DNA of 64,000 nt from a virus (IMGVR_UViG_3300020057_000027:32001-96000); one strand, 5' to 3'. Counted from the first letter of the stretch, positions 19,361-30,169 are shown. Translations and numbers: made by a program. The notes: generated by a model from the sequence alone, not told the origin.

Positions 19361-20623
19361 ATGGGAACTCCACGCTACAATCAAACACCAGAACAAATGA
19401 AACCTTGGCAGAAAGGTTTTGATATAAAAGAAATTGAAGACTACAGATCTACTTTTGATTGTAGTTATAATAAGTTTGCCAGAGGTCCATTCTCTACGTG
19501 GAACAATCCTAAAGTTGCCGATAGTCTTTCTAAACAGCGTATAGTTGAATTATGTGAATGTTATTACGAAAATTTAGGTGGTGGTAAAAACGGCAAACTT
19601 TTATATTGCGAAAACGTTCCTTGTCCTGGATACATTGATACTCATATAGCAAAAACATCTACTGATATTGTGATGTATTTTGATGTTGTGATTGGTCGTA
19701 AGCTTAGAGGTGATAGAATTATTAATGCTATTGCTTATAGTCAAGGTGTTTCAGAAGCTCCAGATATTGCTGCCTTCATTTCACGTATTAATGAATGGCG
19801 AGAACCTATTTGGTTTTATATTTGGGAAGAAGATCCAGTTCAAAAAGAAATTGCTTTAGGTGCAGGCTTCAAAAAGATTGGTGTTAAGATTAGTTCATTC
19901 TCTGAGGTATATGGTATTTACTTCCGAGATGGTGACAATGAGACACCGACTCGGAAACATCCAGTTGTAGATCAAGCTGAACTTGCTTATATGTTACAGC
20001 TTAAAACTCTTCCTGATTTTAAAGCATTAGCTGAAGCAATGGGTGATCGTATTCGTGAACTTGATGGAGAGTTTGCTAATCACTATTCAAAATATAATAA
20101 GTCTAAAGCTTGGGGTGCGTTGTCTATTAGAGGTTATTCTTCTGAAATAACAATGATTGAAAAACCTTCTTGTATGAATGAAGCGTGGCAGAAAGAACAC
20201 GAAAACGATAATCTAGTATTACAAGATACTGAATTACGTAAAAAGTTTCCTGAACTTGAAAAGATACTCAGAGATTTTCCAAGTACAAATTTTGACCGTA
20301 TCAGATTGATGAGACTTCAACCAGGAGGCGGTGAATTATCTAGGCACGTAGATCACGTTGAAGGTGATTCTGGAATCTCTGATGGACGTATTATGAGGTT
20401 TCATATTCCTATTATAACTAATCCTAAAGTATTATTCACTATGTGGAACACAAACGGCGAGAAAGTAGAACAGACAATGAAACAGGGTGAAGCTTGGTTA
20501 TTTGATTTTCGTAAGCCGCATATGGCAGTAAATGGTGGTGATGATATTCGTATTCATCTTGTAATTGACGTTGTAATGGACGAAAAATTCCGCAAGCTGA
20601 TACGAGAAAATCTATGCAATTAA
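19361..20623 (+). CDS. Protein with C-terminal 2OG-Fe(II) oxygenase (Asp/Asn beta-hydroxylase-like) domain
   Basis: LMRLQPGGGELSRHVD, RFHIPIITNP, HMAVNGGDDIRIHLVID. Confidence 0.78.
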   Translation: MGTPRYNQTPEQMKPWQKGFDIKEIEDYRSTFDCSYNKFARGPFSTWNNPKVADSLSKQRIVELCECYYENLGGGKNGKLLYCENVPCPGYIDTHIAKTSTDIVMYFDVVIGRKLRGDRIINAIAYSQGVSEAPDIAAFISRINEWREPIWFYIWEEDPVQKEIALGAGFKKIGVKISSFSEVYGIYFRDGDNETPTRKHPVVDQAELAYMLQLKTLPDFKALAEAMGDRIRELDGEFANHYSKYNKSKAWGALSIRGYSSEITMIEKPSCMNEAWQKEHENDNLVLQDTELRKKFPELEKILRDFPSTNFDRIRLMRLQPGGGELSRHVDHVEGDSGISDGRIMRFHIPIITNPKVLFTMWNTNGEKVEQTMKQGEAWLFDFRKPHMAVNGGDDIRIHLVIDVVMDEKFRKLIRENLCN

Positions 20624-21045
20624 ATCATGCAGATTTAGATGACTTGAATGAAATCTTTCAAGCTTTCTATAAAAACAAAACTTGGTTCCCTCATATCCGA
20701 AAGGACTATCTACGTAGACAGATCGAAAGAGGTAACTGTATTTTTGAGCAGGGAGTTATAATCACATATAACGAATATCAAAAAAGACAAAGAATAGGCA
20801 CTCAAGAAGCCAAACGTGGAGATATAATTCTACATCAAATATTAAATGCTCAAGAAGGTTCAGGTAAAGCTGGATTGATATTAGAGCAGTTTTTTAAACT
20901 AGTTAATAAGCCAGTATGGTTGACCGTGAGAGCAGAAAATAGTAGAGCAATCCAATTCTATGAAAAACACGGTATGAAAAACGTTGGAGAAACTTCTTGG
21001 CTTGGTGGAACGATGAAGGGTGTTGTGTTCCTTAAAGAAGTATGA
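20614..21045 (+). CDS. GNAT-family acetyltransferase
   Basis: GSGKAG, LTVRAENSRAIQFYEKHGM. Confidence 0.82.
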   Translation: MQLNHADLDDLNEIFQAFYKNKTWFPHIRKDYLRRQIERGNCIFEQGVIITYNEYQKRQRIGTQEAKRGDIILHQILNAQEGSGKAGLILEQFFKLVNKPVWLTVRAENSRAIQFYEKHGMKNVGETSWLGGTMKGVVFLKEV

Positions 21046-21057
21046 TATGATTAGATC

Positions 21058-22065
21058 ATGCAGTATCTTGATGTAAAATATATAAATCTGTGTGGATCTC
21101 AATTACGTAATTTCAAGCGTAAAGATAAAGACACGTATAATTGTTCGTGTCCAATCTGCGGTGACAGTGAAAAGAAGTTATCTAAAGCAAGAGGTTTTTT
21201 CTTAGCCAAAGGAACCTCAGTATATTATCACTGCCATAATTGCGGTATCAGTCTTTCATTCGCACATTTTTTGAAGAAAGTTTTCCCTCTTCAGTATAAT
21301 GAATATATTCTTGAGAAATATAAAGATAAAAAAGAAACAACTATTAGCATCCCAGCTCCTATAGTTAAAATACCATTAAAGAAAATGGTATCACAACACG
21401 CAACATCTATAGATCTTTTAGATGATGCTCATTATGCTAAAGAGTATATTAAAGCAAGAATGATTCCAGAAGATAAACTTTCTTTGTTATATTTTACTGA
21501 TGATTTTGCAAAGCTTACAGAAGATCTGTTTCCCGGCCAGTATCCATCATTACGTTCTAATGATGCTAGAATTGTAATACCATTCTTTAATAAACAGAAT
21601 GAAGTCATAGGACTTCAGGGTAGATCATTAGATGGTGATAGTCAGTTGAGATATATTACTGCAAGAGCTAATAAAGAAGTAGCATTGATTTTCGGTCAAG
21701 AGCGGCTAGACTTAACTAAAAAAGTTTTAGTTGTTGAAGGTCCGATTGATAGTTTGTTTCTTCCAAATTGTTTAGCTGTGGCAAGTTCAGATCTTGAAAG
21801 ATCTTTTCGCGTTGTTACTAACATTAATGATTATGTTTTGGTGTTTGATAATGAACCAAGAAATAAAGAAATTGTTTCTTTAGTATCAGCCGCAGTAGAA
21901 AATAATAGAACTGTTTGTATTTGGCCACAACAGTTTCAAGAAAAAGATATCAATGATATGGTTAGAGTTGGACATTCTAAAGAAGAAATATATAAAGAGA
22001 TTCTTGCTAATTCTTTCTCTGGTATTAGAGCTAAAATGAAACTGGCTGAATGGAAAAGGTGTTGA
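21058..22065 (+). CDS. 61: DNA primase gp61
   Basis: CPICGDS...HCHNCG Zn finger, VEGPIDSLF, FDNEPRN, KDINDM. Confidence 0.93.
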   Translation: MQYLDVKYINLCGSQLRNFKRKDKDTYNCSCPICGDSEKKLSKARGFFLAKGTSVYYHCHNCGISLSFAHFLKKVFPLQYNEYILEKYKDKKETTISIPAPIVKIPLKKMVSQHATSIDLLDDAHYAKEYIKARMIPEDKLSLLYFTDDFAKLTEDLFPGQYPSLRSNDARIVIPFFNKQNEVIGLQGRSLDGDSQLRYITARANKEVALIFGQERLDLTKKVLVVEGPIDSLFLPNCLAVASSDLERSFRVVTNINDYVLVFDNEPRNKEIVSLVSAAVENNRTVCIWPQQFQEKDINDMVRVGHSKEEIYKEILANSFSGIRAKMKLAEWKRC

Positions 22066-22066
22066 G

Positions 22067-22300
22067 ATGACTTTAATTGTTTTTGAAATATTCACGCAAA
22101 GTTTAGTATTAGGAGATACTTTTTCTAAGGGTTTATATTTTCGTAGTGCTACCGTAGTTAAGAAAGCTAAAGCTATAGCAAAACAAAATAACTGGAAAAA
22201 AGTTAAAGTGGAAGGATATAAATTTGTTTGGGGTGAAGCAGATGATTATGGACTTCTTGCTGGTGTTTATATAATAGAAAGAACGATAAGTGAGGAATAA
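22067..22300 (+). CDS. Hypothetical protein
   Basis: ORF in operon. Confidence 0.5.
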   Translation: MTLIVFEIFTQSLVLGDTFSKGLYFRSATVVKKAKAIAKQNNWKKVKVEGYKFVWGEADDYGLLAGVYIIERTISEE

Positions 22301-22303
22301 AAT

Positions 22304-23938
22304 ATGACTGATGAAGAACAGAAGACCAAACGACACGAAGCATTAACAAAACTAACACAGATGTCCCAAGATATGGGTTTATATGATACACCTGAAGACA
22401 GAATTGTCCGAGTCCTAGATAAAGGATTTGTTCGTCTAGTTGATAGTATGGGTAATGATAGTTCTATCGTACAAGCTGCCAGAGTTTCTTATGGAGAAGG
22501 CACTAAGAAAGTTAGTGAAGATGAAGGCCTCATTAGATATCTTCTAAGACATAGACATACTACACCAATGGAGATGGTTCAATTTAAGTTCCACGTTAAG
22601 GCGCCAATATTTGTTATTCGCCAATGGCACCGCCATAGAACTTGGTGTTTATCTGGAGATACCGAATTGTGGTATGATAGTCCTAGTTCAATCAGAGAAG
22701 GCACAAAAGGTAGAAATAAAATTACTATTGCAGATTTTTATGATAAATGGCACCACGGCGCCAAGCCTATTACTACACAAGATGGTATTATTATGAGAAT
22801 GCCATTAAAAAAATATTTAGAAAAAAGATCATTCAGGTGTTTGAATGAAGAAAATAAAACCATAGAACATACCAATATTACTGACGTATGGAAATCTGGC
22901 ATTAAACATATATTTGAAATTGAGTTAGAAAACGGATATAAAATAAAAACATCTCAAGATCATTTATTTTATACTGAAAATGGTTGGAAAAAATTAAAGG
23001 AGTTTGTTGGCATAAAAAATACAGATATTGTGTATTGGGATGATATTTCTCTTTATACTAACGGACAGTCAGTAAATTCTAGTTATTTTGAAAAAGGTAG
23101 TATTCCTTGGAATAATAATATAAAAATCCCACCAGAAGAAAAGAAAGCAAAATGTCATCGGGGTCATCACTTGGTAGGTAAACTAAGCAAAATTAAAAAA
23201 GTCTCTTATGTGGGACAGGAATATACCTATGATATCTCCGTTTCTGGTTCTTTTCATAATTTTATTGCTAATGGTTTTGTAGTCCATAATTCTTATAATG
23301 AAGAATCAGGAAGATATTCTGAAATGAAAAATGAATATTATGTTCCAGATCCCAGTAAAGTCACCTTTCAAAATCCTAATAATAAACAAGGCGGCACAGA
23401 TGATATCATAACACCTTTTAATATTAAGAATCCTGATGATTGGTGGGATTGTTTAACTCCAGAACAAATTGCTTCTACTTGGAACTGGCAGAAATATTTT
23501 GAAGACGAACAAAAATTAACTAGACATAATTATGAAAGATATTTGAATAGTGGAATGAGAAAAGAGTTAGCAAGAATTAATCTTCCTTTAGCTCAATATT
23601 CTCAGATGTATGGATGTGTAGATCTACATAATCTCTTCCACTTCTTGAAGTTGCGCCAAGATCCTCATGCACAATATGAGATTAGAGTTTATGCTGATGC
23701 GTTGCTTCAGTTAATCCAACCTATTGTTCCTGTGGCAGTTAAAGCATATGAAGATTATATTCTTAATTCTGTTACATTAACAGGTAAAGATATAGAAGCA
23801 TTGAAAGATGCACTACGTTCTGTGGATGAAAGTTTATTTTTTGGTAGTGCTATCGGCTCGGCCGCCAATACTGTTTTTTCCAATAAGAGAGAAAAAGATG
23901 AATTCCTAGCAAAAATTCAACGTCTAAAACATATATAG
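22304..23938 (+). CDS. thyX: Flavin-dependent thymidylate synthase ThyX with intein
   Basis: [15 protein letters not shown]/.../[24 protein letters not shown]. Confidence 0.93.
   Translation: MTDEEQKTKRHEALTKLTQMSQDMGLYDTPEDRIVRVLDKGFVRLVDSMGNDSSIVQAARVSYGEGTKKVSEDEGLIRYLLRHRHTTPMEMVQFKFHVKAPIFVIRQWHRHRTWCLSGDTELWYDSPSSIREGTKGRNKITIADFYDKWHHGAKPITTQDGIIMRMPLKKYLEKRSFRCLNEENKTIEHTNITDVWKSGIKHIFEIELENGYKIKTSQDHLFYTENGWKKLKEFVGIKNTDIVYWDDISLYTNGQSVNSSYFEKGSIPWNNNIKIPPEEKKAKCHRGHHLVGKLSKIKKVSYVGQEYTYDISVSGSFHNFIANGFVVHNSYNEESGRYSEMKNEYYVPDPSKVTFQNPNNKQGGTDDIITPFNIKNPDDWWDCLTPEQIASTWNWQKYFEDEQKLTRHNYERYLNSGMRKELARINLPLAQYSQMYGCVDLHNLFHFLKLRQDPHAQYEIRVYADALLQLIQPIVPVAVKAYEDYILNSVTLTGKDIEALKDALRSVDESLFFGSAIGSAANTVFSNKREKDEFLAKIQRLKHI
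22646..23290 (+). mobile_element. Mini-intein in ThyX (215 aa)
   Basis: CLSGDT...KTSQDHLF...YDISV...[13 protein letters not shown]. Confidence 0.9.
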
Positions 23939-23983
23939 TATTAGGTCGTCTATACCTAATATAAAAAGGGTAAGTGAAACATA

Positions 23984-25402
23984 ATGAAATCAAAAATTAG
24001 TTTTGTATTTGGATTAATATTTTCTGTTATTGTGTTGGGTGGAATTCTTACACGAAACAATTTTTTTCAATTCGCAGATACGGTAACTCCAGGTCAATCG
24101 GGATTTTTTGATCCTAATCATCCAACCAGAGTCGCATATAGAGAAACACGAGAAAGAAAACTTGTAAACGTTGGCCGCGCTCCATTTGCTATTGCTGCCA
24201 ATAAATTTGATTGTAAGTCTTTTGTTTCTTCATTAAAAGATTTAGATTTTGTGCATATTTCATGGCTTTTTAATACTTTCGGAACTAAGTATTCTTGTCT
24301 GAATAAAATCTTAGATGATCCAAGATTAATAACACTTCAAACTAATTTAATTAATGAGCCAGGACACAGAAACAGACGTTTAGAAAAACATGAGTTTCTG
24401 TATAATATTTCTAGTCCACAAAAATTTGATCAACTATTAAAATCTCGTAATCCAAAGCTTAAAGCACAGTTTGATAAGTATGTTGGGCCCCTTCAAGATC
24501 TTTTAGTTTCAAGACTTCAACCACAAACAGAATGTTTAATCAATCCTGGACTTGAAAGTAATGTTAGTAGCAGAGCCGCAAAAGTTTTAAATGAATGGGC
24601 AAGAGAAGCTTTTCCTTTCTGTAAAATCATTTGGAATCCAATAGCAAAAGCTAATACACCTGTAAATAGTGGTGCTGATCTTATAGAGCAACATGGCTGG
24701 GAACCAACATTCAAAACACATTCGTGTACTTTTAACAATGACGGTTCTGATATTAATTTTCCAGAGCGTAAAGCTGGATCAGCATTAGCACATGAAAAAG
24801 ATCCACTATCACCGAAAAATTATGTCAATTCTGGTAATGCTTTACAGTATGAAATACAAGAATATGCTAATCAATGCAAAGTAATCTATTTGTGGACTGT
24901 TGAAGATAATTGTTTTGCTTATGATAATGTAACTGCGCCTTGGGCACCTCCAACTAAAAGACCGTGTAAAGTAGGTCCAGTAAATAGATTGGTAGCAAAA
25001 GAAATAAAAACTGCTCATACGCAGAGAGAAGTTGAACCAAAAAGTTTTGAGTACACCGACGAAGAAGAAGCTGCCTTTGCTGGCTGCTCTGAGATTAGAA
25101 AGCCAAATGACGGCGCGAAAAAAGGTTTCTTATTAAAACAATCAGAATTTTCTGATCGTGGTGGTGCGTTGTTGTTACCTAGTAATCTTCGTGGTGTAGA
25201 TAGCGCAACAGTAGTATATAAAAATAAAAAAGTAGACTCATATAAATTCTCAGGAATTTATGGGCACGATAGCTCAGGTAGACCATTATGGAGAAGTGAT
25301 GTGTCTCCTTTGAAATATCCCTATCGTTCAACACTTATTTTGAAAGACGGTAATAAAAAAATTTGTTACCGCTTAAGTAATCCTAAAATTCGTAACGATT
25401 AG
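23984..25402 (+). CDS. Membrane-anchored or secreted hypothetical protein
   Basis: N-terminal TM segment, 472 aa. Confidence 0.6.
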   Translation: MKSKISFVFGLIFSVIVLGGILTRNNFFQFADTVTPGQSGFFDPNHPTRVAYRETRERKLVNVGRAPFAIAANKFDCKSFVSSLKDLDFVHISWLFNTFGTKYSCLNKILDDPRLITLQTNLINEPGHRNRRLEKHEFLYNISSPQKFDQLLKSRNPKLKAQFDKYVGPLQDLLVSRLQPQTECLINPGLESNVSSRAAKVLNEWAREAFPFCKIIWNPIAKANTPVNSGADLIEQHGWEPTFKTHSCTFNNDGSDINFPERKAGSALAHEKDPLSPKNYVNSGNALQYEIQEYANQCKVIYLWTVEDNCFAYDNVTAPWAPPTKRPCKVGPVNRLVAKEIKTAHTQREVEPKSFEYTDEEEAAFAGCSEIRKPNDGAKKGFLLKQSEFSDRGGALLLPSNLRGVDSATVVYKNKKVDSYKFSGIYGHDSSGRPLWRSDVSPLKYPYRSTLILKDGNKKICYRLSNPKIRND

Positions 25403-25429
25403 GCCCAAAGAAAAAATAAATATTCACTC

Positions 25430-25468
25430 AAGAGGGACAGAGTTCTTTACTACTGTCCCTCTTTCTGT
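25430..25468 (+). terminator. Hairpin, possible terminator or regulatory stem upstream of nrdJ
   Basis: aagagggacag...ctgtccctctt. Confidence 0.55.
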
Positions 25469-25515
25469 TATACTCTTCAAGACAAGAAGTTTTATGTTAA
25501 TTATTAAGGTGCAAA

Positions 25516-28149
25516 ATGCAGAATCTTCCCTCCTTGTATCAGGAATTCATCCATCTTTCACGCTATTCAAGATGGGTGCCAGAAGAAAAGCGAAGAGAGA
25601 CATGGGAAGAAACAGTAAAAAGATATTTTACATTCTTTGAAGTTCATCTTAAAGAACGCACAGGTTACGAATTAAAAAAATCTGATCGTAGCGAATTAGA
25701 AAAAGCAATTTTGGAATTAAAAGTGATGCCTTCAATGCGGTGTCTAATGACAGCAGGAGAAGCATTGAAGAGAGATGAAGCTGCCGGATATAATTGTTCA
25801 TTCATAGCAATAGACAATCCAAGATCATTTGATGAAATACTTTATATTTTAAGCTGTGGAACAGGAGTAGGTTTTTCCGTTGAAAGACAGTATGTTAGCC
25901 AACTACCTGTAATTGCTGAATCGTTCTATGGGACGGATAGCACAATAGTAGTACAAGATAGCAGAATAGGGTGGGCTAAAGCTCTTAAAGAGCTTCTAGG
26001 GTTGTTATATCAGGGTCAGATACCACAGATAGACACTAGCAAGGTAAGACCGGCAGGAGCGGTCCTAAAGACCTTTGGAGGTCGTGCTAGTGGTCCCCAG
26101 CCGCTAATAGAGCTATTTAACTTCTGTATACGAGTTTTTCGTAGTGCTAGTGGTCGTAAGTTGCAGTCTATAGAATGTCACGATATTGTATGCAAGATCG
26201 CGGAGGTTATCGTGGTGGGCGGCGTGAGACGTTCTGCCCTTATCTCATTGAGTAATCTATCAGATGATAGAATGAGAAATGCTAAATCAGGACAATGGTG
26301 GGTTGAAAATGTTCAAAGAGCTTTGGCTAATAATTCTGCTTGTTATACTGAAAAGCCTGATGTTGCTGTTTTCATGGATGAGTGGAAATCTCTTTATGAA
26401 TCTCGTAGCGGTGAGAGAGGAATATTCAATCTTGTTGCTGCGAAGAAATCAGCAGAAGCAGGAGGCAGAAGAGATCCTTTAAAAGTTGCTGGAACAAATC
26501 CGTGTGTTCCGGGGGACACAAGAATATTAACTAAAGACGGCTATGTTGAAATTGCCAAAACGGTCGGTAAAGAAGTGGAAATTTGGAATGGGCTTGAGTG
26601 GTCGGTAGTAAGGCCATTTAGCACAGGCATCAACGACTTGATGGAAATAACATTTTCAGATGGTAGTAATTTAAAATGTACTCCGTATCACAAATTTGTT
26701 TTAGATGATGGGAGAACAAAAAGCAAGATAGTCAAAAGGAAGGAAAAAAGGGTCGAAGCAAAAGATCTAAAACTTAACGACCGACTATTTAAATATAATA
26801 TGCCCGCCGTCAAGTTGTCTGATGCAATAGATCCGACAATCGATGCTTACTCGCAAGGATTTTATTCTGGTGATGGGTGTAGTGATAATACATCCTCATA
26901 TCTATATGAAACAAAATATTCATGCGAACCCCGCCTAAAAGGCAATTTTGGAAAACTTGAATCTAATAGAAAACGATGGGTGCATGGGGCGATGTTGCCA
27001 AAAACGTTTGTTCCGTTAAATTCGTCTTTGGTATATTGTCTAAATTGGTTTGCTGGTTTGTGTGATTCTGATGGTACTGTGACGAGAGATATTAACAGTT
27101 CCGGTATACAGATTTGTTCGGTCGACCTTGAGTTTCTTAAAGATACAAAATTAATGCTGTCGAGATTATCAGTAAAAGCTAAAATTGTCGATGGTAGAGA
27201 AGAAGGCACTTATACTATCGCTACAGGCACGTATGTTTGCAAAAAACAATACCGCATATTAGTTGGTAACGCCGACACGGCAAAATTAATCTCGTTGGGG
27301 TTAAAAACGGAAAGATTAGTATTTGATAAAATTAAACCACAAAGAGATGCGCGACGTTTTATTACCGTGGTTGCTGTGAAAAACTTAGACAAAAAACAAG
27401 AAACTTTTTGCTTTACGGAGCCAAAAAATAATACAGGGACCTTTGAGGGTATAGTAACAGGGCAGTGTGCCGAGATACTCTTGCGTAATCGAGGCTTTTG
27501 TAACTTATCTGAAGTAGTAGTAAGAGCAGATGACACAAAAGAAAGTTTATTAAAAAAAGTTGAGTTGGCAACAATATTAGGAACGTTTCAATCAACGCTA
27601 ACTAAGTTCCGATATCTTACTAAAGATTGGGAAAAAAATGCAGAAGAAGAAAGATTACTTGGCGTTTCTTTAACTGGCATATTAGATAATGAATTTTTAT
27701 CTACTCCAAGTCCAGAATTACAAACGTTTTTAGAAGAATTAAAAGATCACGCAATTAAAGTAAATAAAAAATGGGCCACAAAATTGGGCATTCCACAATC
27801 TGTGGCAATTACTTGCGTGAAGCCTAGTGGATGTCAAAGTTTGTCGAATAAAATTAAAACCAATTTGGGTGTTCTTTCCTTCGAGGAAATTTTGGATCTA
27901 TGTAAAGTTAAAACTACATTTGCCGACACATGGCATCCCGTAAATATAGACTTATCGGTATTTGATGAAAATAACGAATCGCAGAAGGTTACAAAACTTT
28001 TCATCAACGGAGAGGCTTTGGTGCATGAAATTGAGTTTGAAGATGGCACCACGGCAAAATTCACGTCAAACCATAAACTTTTAACAAAAGATCGTGGTTA
28101 TGTCAGAGTTGACGAATTAAAACCAGAAGATGATATAGTTTCTTTTTAA
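25516..28149 (+). CDS. nrdJ: Class II ribonucleotide reductase N-part, with a contiguous intein and a split-intein N-half
   Basis: SRYSRW...RRETWEETVKRY, GGVRRSALI, GTNP/C-AEI, FCNLSE, TCVKPSG. Confidence 0.9.
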   Translation: MQNLPSLYQEFIHLSRYSRWVPEEKRRETWEETVKRYFTFFEVHLKERTGYELKKSDRSELEKAILELKVMPSMRCLMTAGEALKRDEAAGYNCSFIAIDNPRSFDEILYILSCGTGVGFSVERQYVSQLPVIAESFYGTDSTIVVQDSRIGWAKALKELLGLLYQGQIPQIDTSKVRPAGAVLKTFGGRASGPQPLIELFNFCIRVFRSASGRKLQSIECHDIVCKIAEVIVVGGVRRSALISLSNLSDDRMRNAKSGQWWVENVQRALANNSACYTEKPDVAVFMDEWKSLYESRSGERGIFNLVAAKKSAEAGGRRDPLKVAGTNPCVPGDTRILTKDGYVEIAKTVGKEVEIWNGLEWSVVRPFSTGINDLMEITFSDGSNLKCTPYHKFVLDDGRTKSKIVKRKEKRVEAKDLKLNDRLFKYNMPAVKLSDAIDPTIDAYSQGFYSGDGCSDNTSSYLYETKYSCEPRLKGNFGKLESNRKRWVHGAMLPKTFVPLNSSLVYCLNWFAGLCDSDGTVTRDINSSGIQICSVDLEFLKDTKLMLSRLSVKAKIVDGREEGTYTIATGTYVCKKQYRILVGNADTAKLISLGLKTERLVFDKIKPQRDARRFITVVAVKNLDKKQETFCFTEPKNNTGTFEGIVTGQCAEILLRNRGFCNLSEVVVRADDTKESLLKKVELATILGTFQSTLTKFRYLTKDWEKNAEEERLLGVSLTGILDNEFLSTPSPELQTFLEELKDHAIKVNKKWATKLGIPQSVAITCVKPSGCQSLSNKIKTNLGVLSFEEILDLCKVKTTFADTWHPVNIDLSVFDENNESQKVTKLFINGEALVHEIEFEDGTTAKFTSNHKLLTKDRGYVRVDELKPEDDIVSF
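26503..27465 (+). mobile_element. Intein with LAGLIDADG homing endonuclease in NrdJ (321 aa, ends Gly-Gln)
   Basis: CVPGDT start; GFYSGDG and WFAGLCDSDG motifs; GIVTGQ/C. Confidence 0.9.
27832..28146 (+). mobile_element. Split intein N-fragment in NrdJ (105 aa)
   Basis: KPSG/CQSLSNKIKT...KFTSNHKLL...VDELKPEDDIVSF*. Confidence 0.88.
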
Positions 28150-28227
28150 ATACACACCAAAAATGCAGAAAATAGAAAGTTTTGAAGAATTTTTAGAAAA
28201 AAACAAACAATTCCGTAGGGGTAGAAT

Positions 28228-28890
28228 ATGAAAATAAAATCAATAAAAATTGCTGGCATAGAATTAACGGGAGATGTTGAGGTGGCGAACACACATTCGT
28301 ATCAGTTAGAAAATGGATGCGTCTCTCATAACACAGTTTCACAATTGGCGGACAGCGCATCTGGGATTCATGCAAGACATTCTCCATATTACATTCGCAC
28401 CGTTAGATCTGATATAAAAGATCCATTATGCAAACTGATGAAAGAAATGGGTTTTCCTAATGAGCCAGACGTAACAAAACCTGAACACACTGTTATATTT
28501 TCTTTTCCGGTTAAGGCACCCGATAATTCAATATTCAGATACGATTTAAACGCAATTCAACATTTAGAGTTGTGGTTATTTTATAAAAAATTCTGGGCCG
28601 AGCATACCGTATCAATTACCGTATCAGTAAAAGATAGCGAATGGTTTGACGTTGCCGCATATGTTTATAAACATTTTGATGACATATCTGGAATTTCATT
28701 TTTGCCATTTAGTGATCACGTTTATAAACAAGCGCCATATCAAGATTGCTCCAAAGAAGAATATCAGGCGCTCGTAAATAAAATGCCACAAAACGTAGAT
28801 TGGTCCAAACTTAAAGAATTTGAATCCATAGATAATACTACCAGTTCACAGGAATTGGCGTGCGTTGCCGGTAATTGCGAAATATTATAA
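28228..28890 (+). CDS. nrdJ: Split intein C-half (35 aa) fused to NrdJ C-terminal part
   Basis: MKIKSIK...DVEVANTHSYQLENGCVSHN/TVSQLADSASGIH; C-terminal ACVAGNCEI. Confidence 0.9.
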   Translation: MKIKSIKIAGIELTGDVEVANTHSYQLENGCVSHNTVSQLADSASGIHARHSPYYIRTVRSDIKDPLCKLMKEMGFPNEPDVTKPEHTVIFSFPVKAPDNSIFRYDLNAIQHLELWLFYKKFWAEHTVSITVSVKDSEWFDVAAYVYKHFDDISGISFLPFSDHVYKQAPYQDCSKEEYQALVNKMPQNVDWSKLKEFESIDNTTSSQELACVAGNCEIL

Positions 28891-28927
28891 ATGCTATATA
28901 AGAGCGTGTTATACAAACAGGATATTA

Positions 28928-29161
28928 ATGCCAAAACAAAAAAAAGTAAAAATAGAATGTGATCACTGTGAAGAAACCTGCACAATCCATTTTAATAAAA
29001 ACGCGGTGCATATTCAGTGTTGTCCTTTCTGTGGAGAGAGCGTAACAGTTCCGGACGGCGACGATAGACCACTACTAAATAGTTTTGAAGACCTTGATGA
29101 ATTTAGCGAAGCCCGTTTCTATGATGAAGACGAGGATATCAGGGATGATGAAGATGAGTAA
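28928..29161 (+). CDS. Small Zn-ribbon protein with acidic tail
   Basis: CDHC...CPFCG. Confidence 0.65.
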   Translation: MPKQKKVKIECDHCEETCTIHFNKNAVHIQCCPFCGESVTVPDGDDRPLLNSFEDLDEFSEARFYDEDEDIRDDEDE

Positions 29162-29163
29162 TA

Positions 29164-29781
29164 ATGAAAATAATTGTTGGCATAGATTACAGTATGACAA
29201 GTCCAGCTATCTGTGTTCACAGAGCTGGATGGGGAGAACCATTCTCCTTTTCTAATTGTCGTTTCTATTTTGTCACAGATAGAAAACGATGCATAGTTTC
29301 AGATAAATTCTTTTTTGGTTTTTCTCACGAAGATTATCTTTGTCAAGAACAGAGGTTTGATAACCTTGCAGCCTGGGCAGTTCACAAAATAGATCCAGAA
29401 GCAGAAGTCTATATTGAAGGGTATGCCTTTGGTGCCAAAGGACAAGTGTTTAACATTGGCGAAAACACTGGAGCACTTAAGAAGAAAATTTGGGAACGCA
29501 AAGGTTATTCTCCACAATCATATACAGCATTTACTCCAGGCACTATTAAAAAGTTCGCCGCAGGAAAAGGTAATGCTGATAAAGTTATGATGCATGAAGC
29601 TTTCGTAAAAGAGACTGCTATAAAATTAGATGTTCATTTTGGAGTTAATCCAGGAGATAGTCCTATATCAGATATCGTAGATGCATACTACATTTGTAAA
29701 TTTGGATATAATCACTTCTATAAAATAGATCAAAAGGATGAACCAAAAGTGAAGCAGACTATAGCTAAGAAGAAAAAGTAG
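29164..29781 (+). CDS. RuvC-like Holliday junction resolvase
   Basis: IVGIDYSMTSP, YIEGYAF, KKFAAGKGNADK, DIVDAY. Confidence 0.8.
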   Translation: MKIIVGIDYSMTSPAICVHRAGWGEPFSFSNCRFYFVTDRKRCIVSDKFFFGFSHEDYLCQEQRFDNLAAWAVHKIDPEAEVYIEGYAFGAKGQVFNIGENTGALKKKIWERKGYSPQSYTAFTPGTIKKFAAGKGNADKVMMHEAFVKETAIKLDVHFGVNPGDSPISDIVDAYYICKFGYNHFYKIDQKDEPKVKQTIAKKKK

Positions 29782-29908
29782 CATCCTATTGATTTGTGTG
29801 TCTTTAACCTACTGATATCACACAACTATAAAACATAAATTTTTGCTTTACATCCGCTTGTTATAGTGTTATTATACTATTATAATGAACTTTAATAATG
29901 AGTAATGT

Positions 29909-30169
29909 ATGGAATTAAAAGAAATTCAAGAAAAGCTTTTGGAGAATGTTTGTAAGGTTGTGTTTACCAAAGTTGATGGAACAGAACGCACTATGAATTG
30001 TACGTTGAAGGTTGATTTGCTTCCAGAACAAAAAGAGTTTCATTCAAAATCAGAACAGAGACGAGTTGAAGCTACTTTACCTCCAACTTCAGTTAGAGTG
30101 TTTGATCTTGATAAGAAAGACTGGCGAGCATTTAGAATTGATTCGGTTAAATCATTTGAGATCGTATAA
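29909..30169 (+). CDS. Sm-like/WYL_2 SH3-fold protein
   Basis: FTKVDGTERTMNCTL, VFDLDKKDWRAFRIDSV. Confidence 0.75.
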   Translation: MELKEIQEKLLENVCKVVFTKVDGTERTMNCTLKVDLLPEQKEFHSKSEQRRVEATLPPTSVRVFDLDKKDWRAFRIDSVKSFEIV

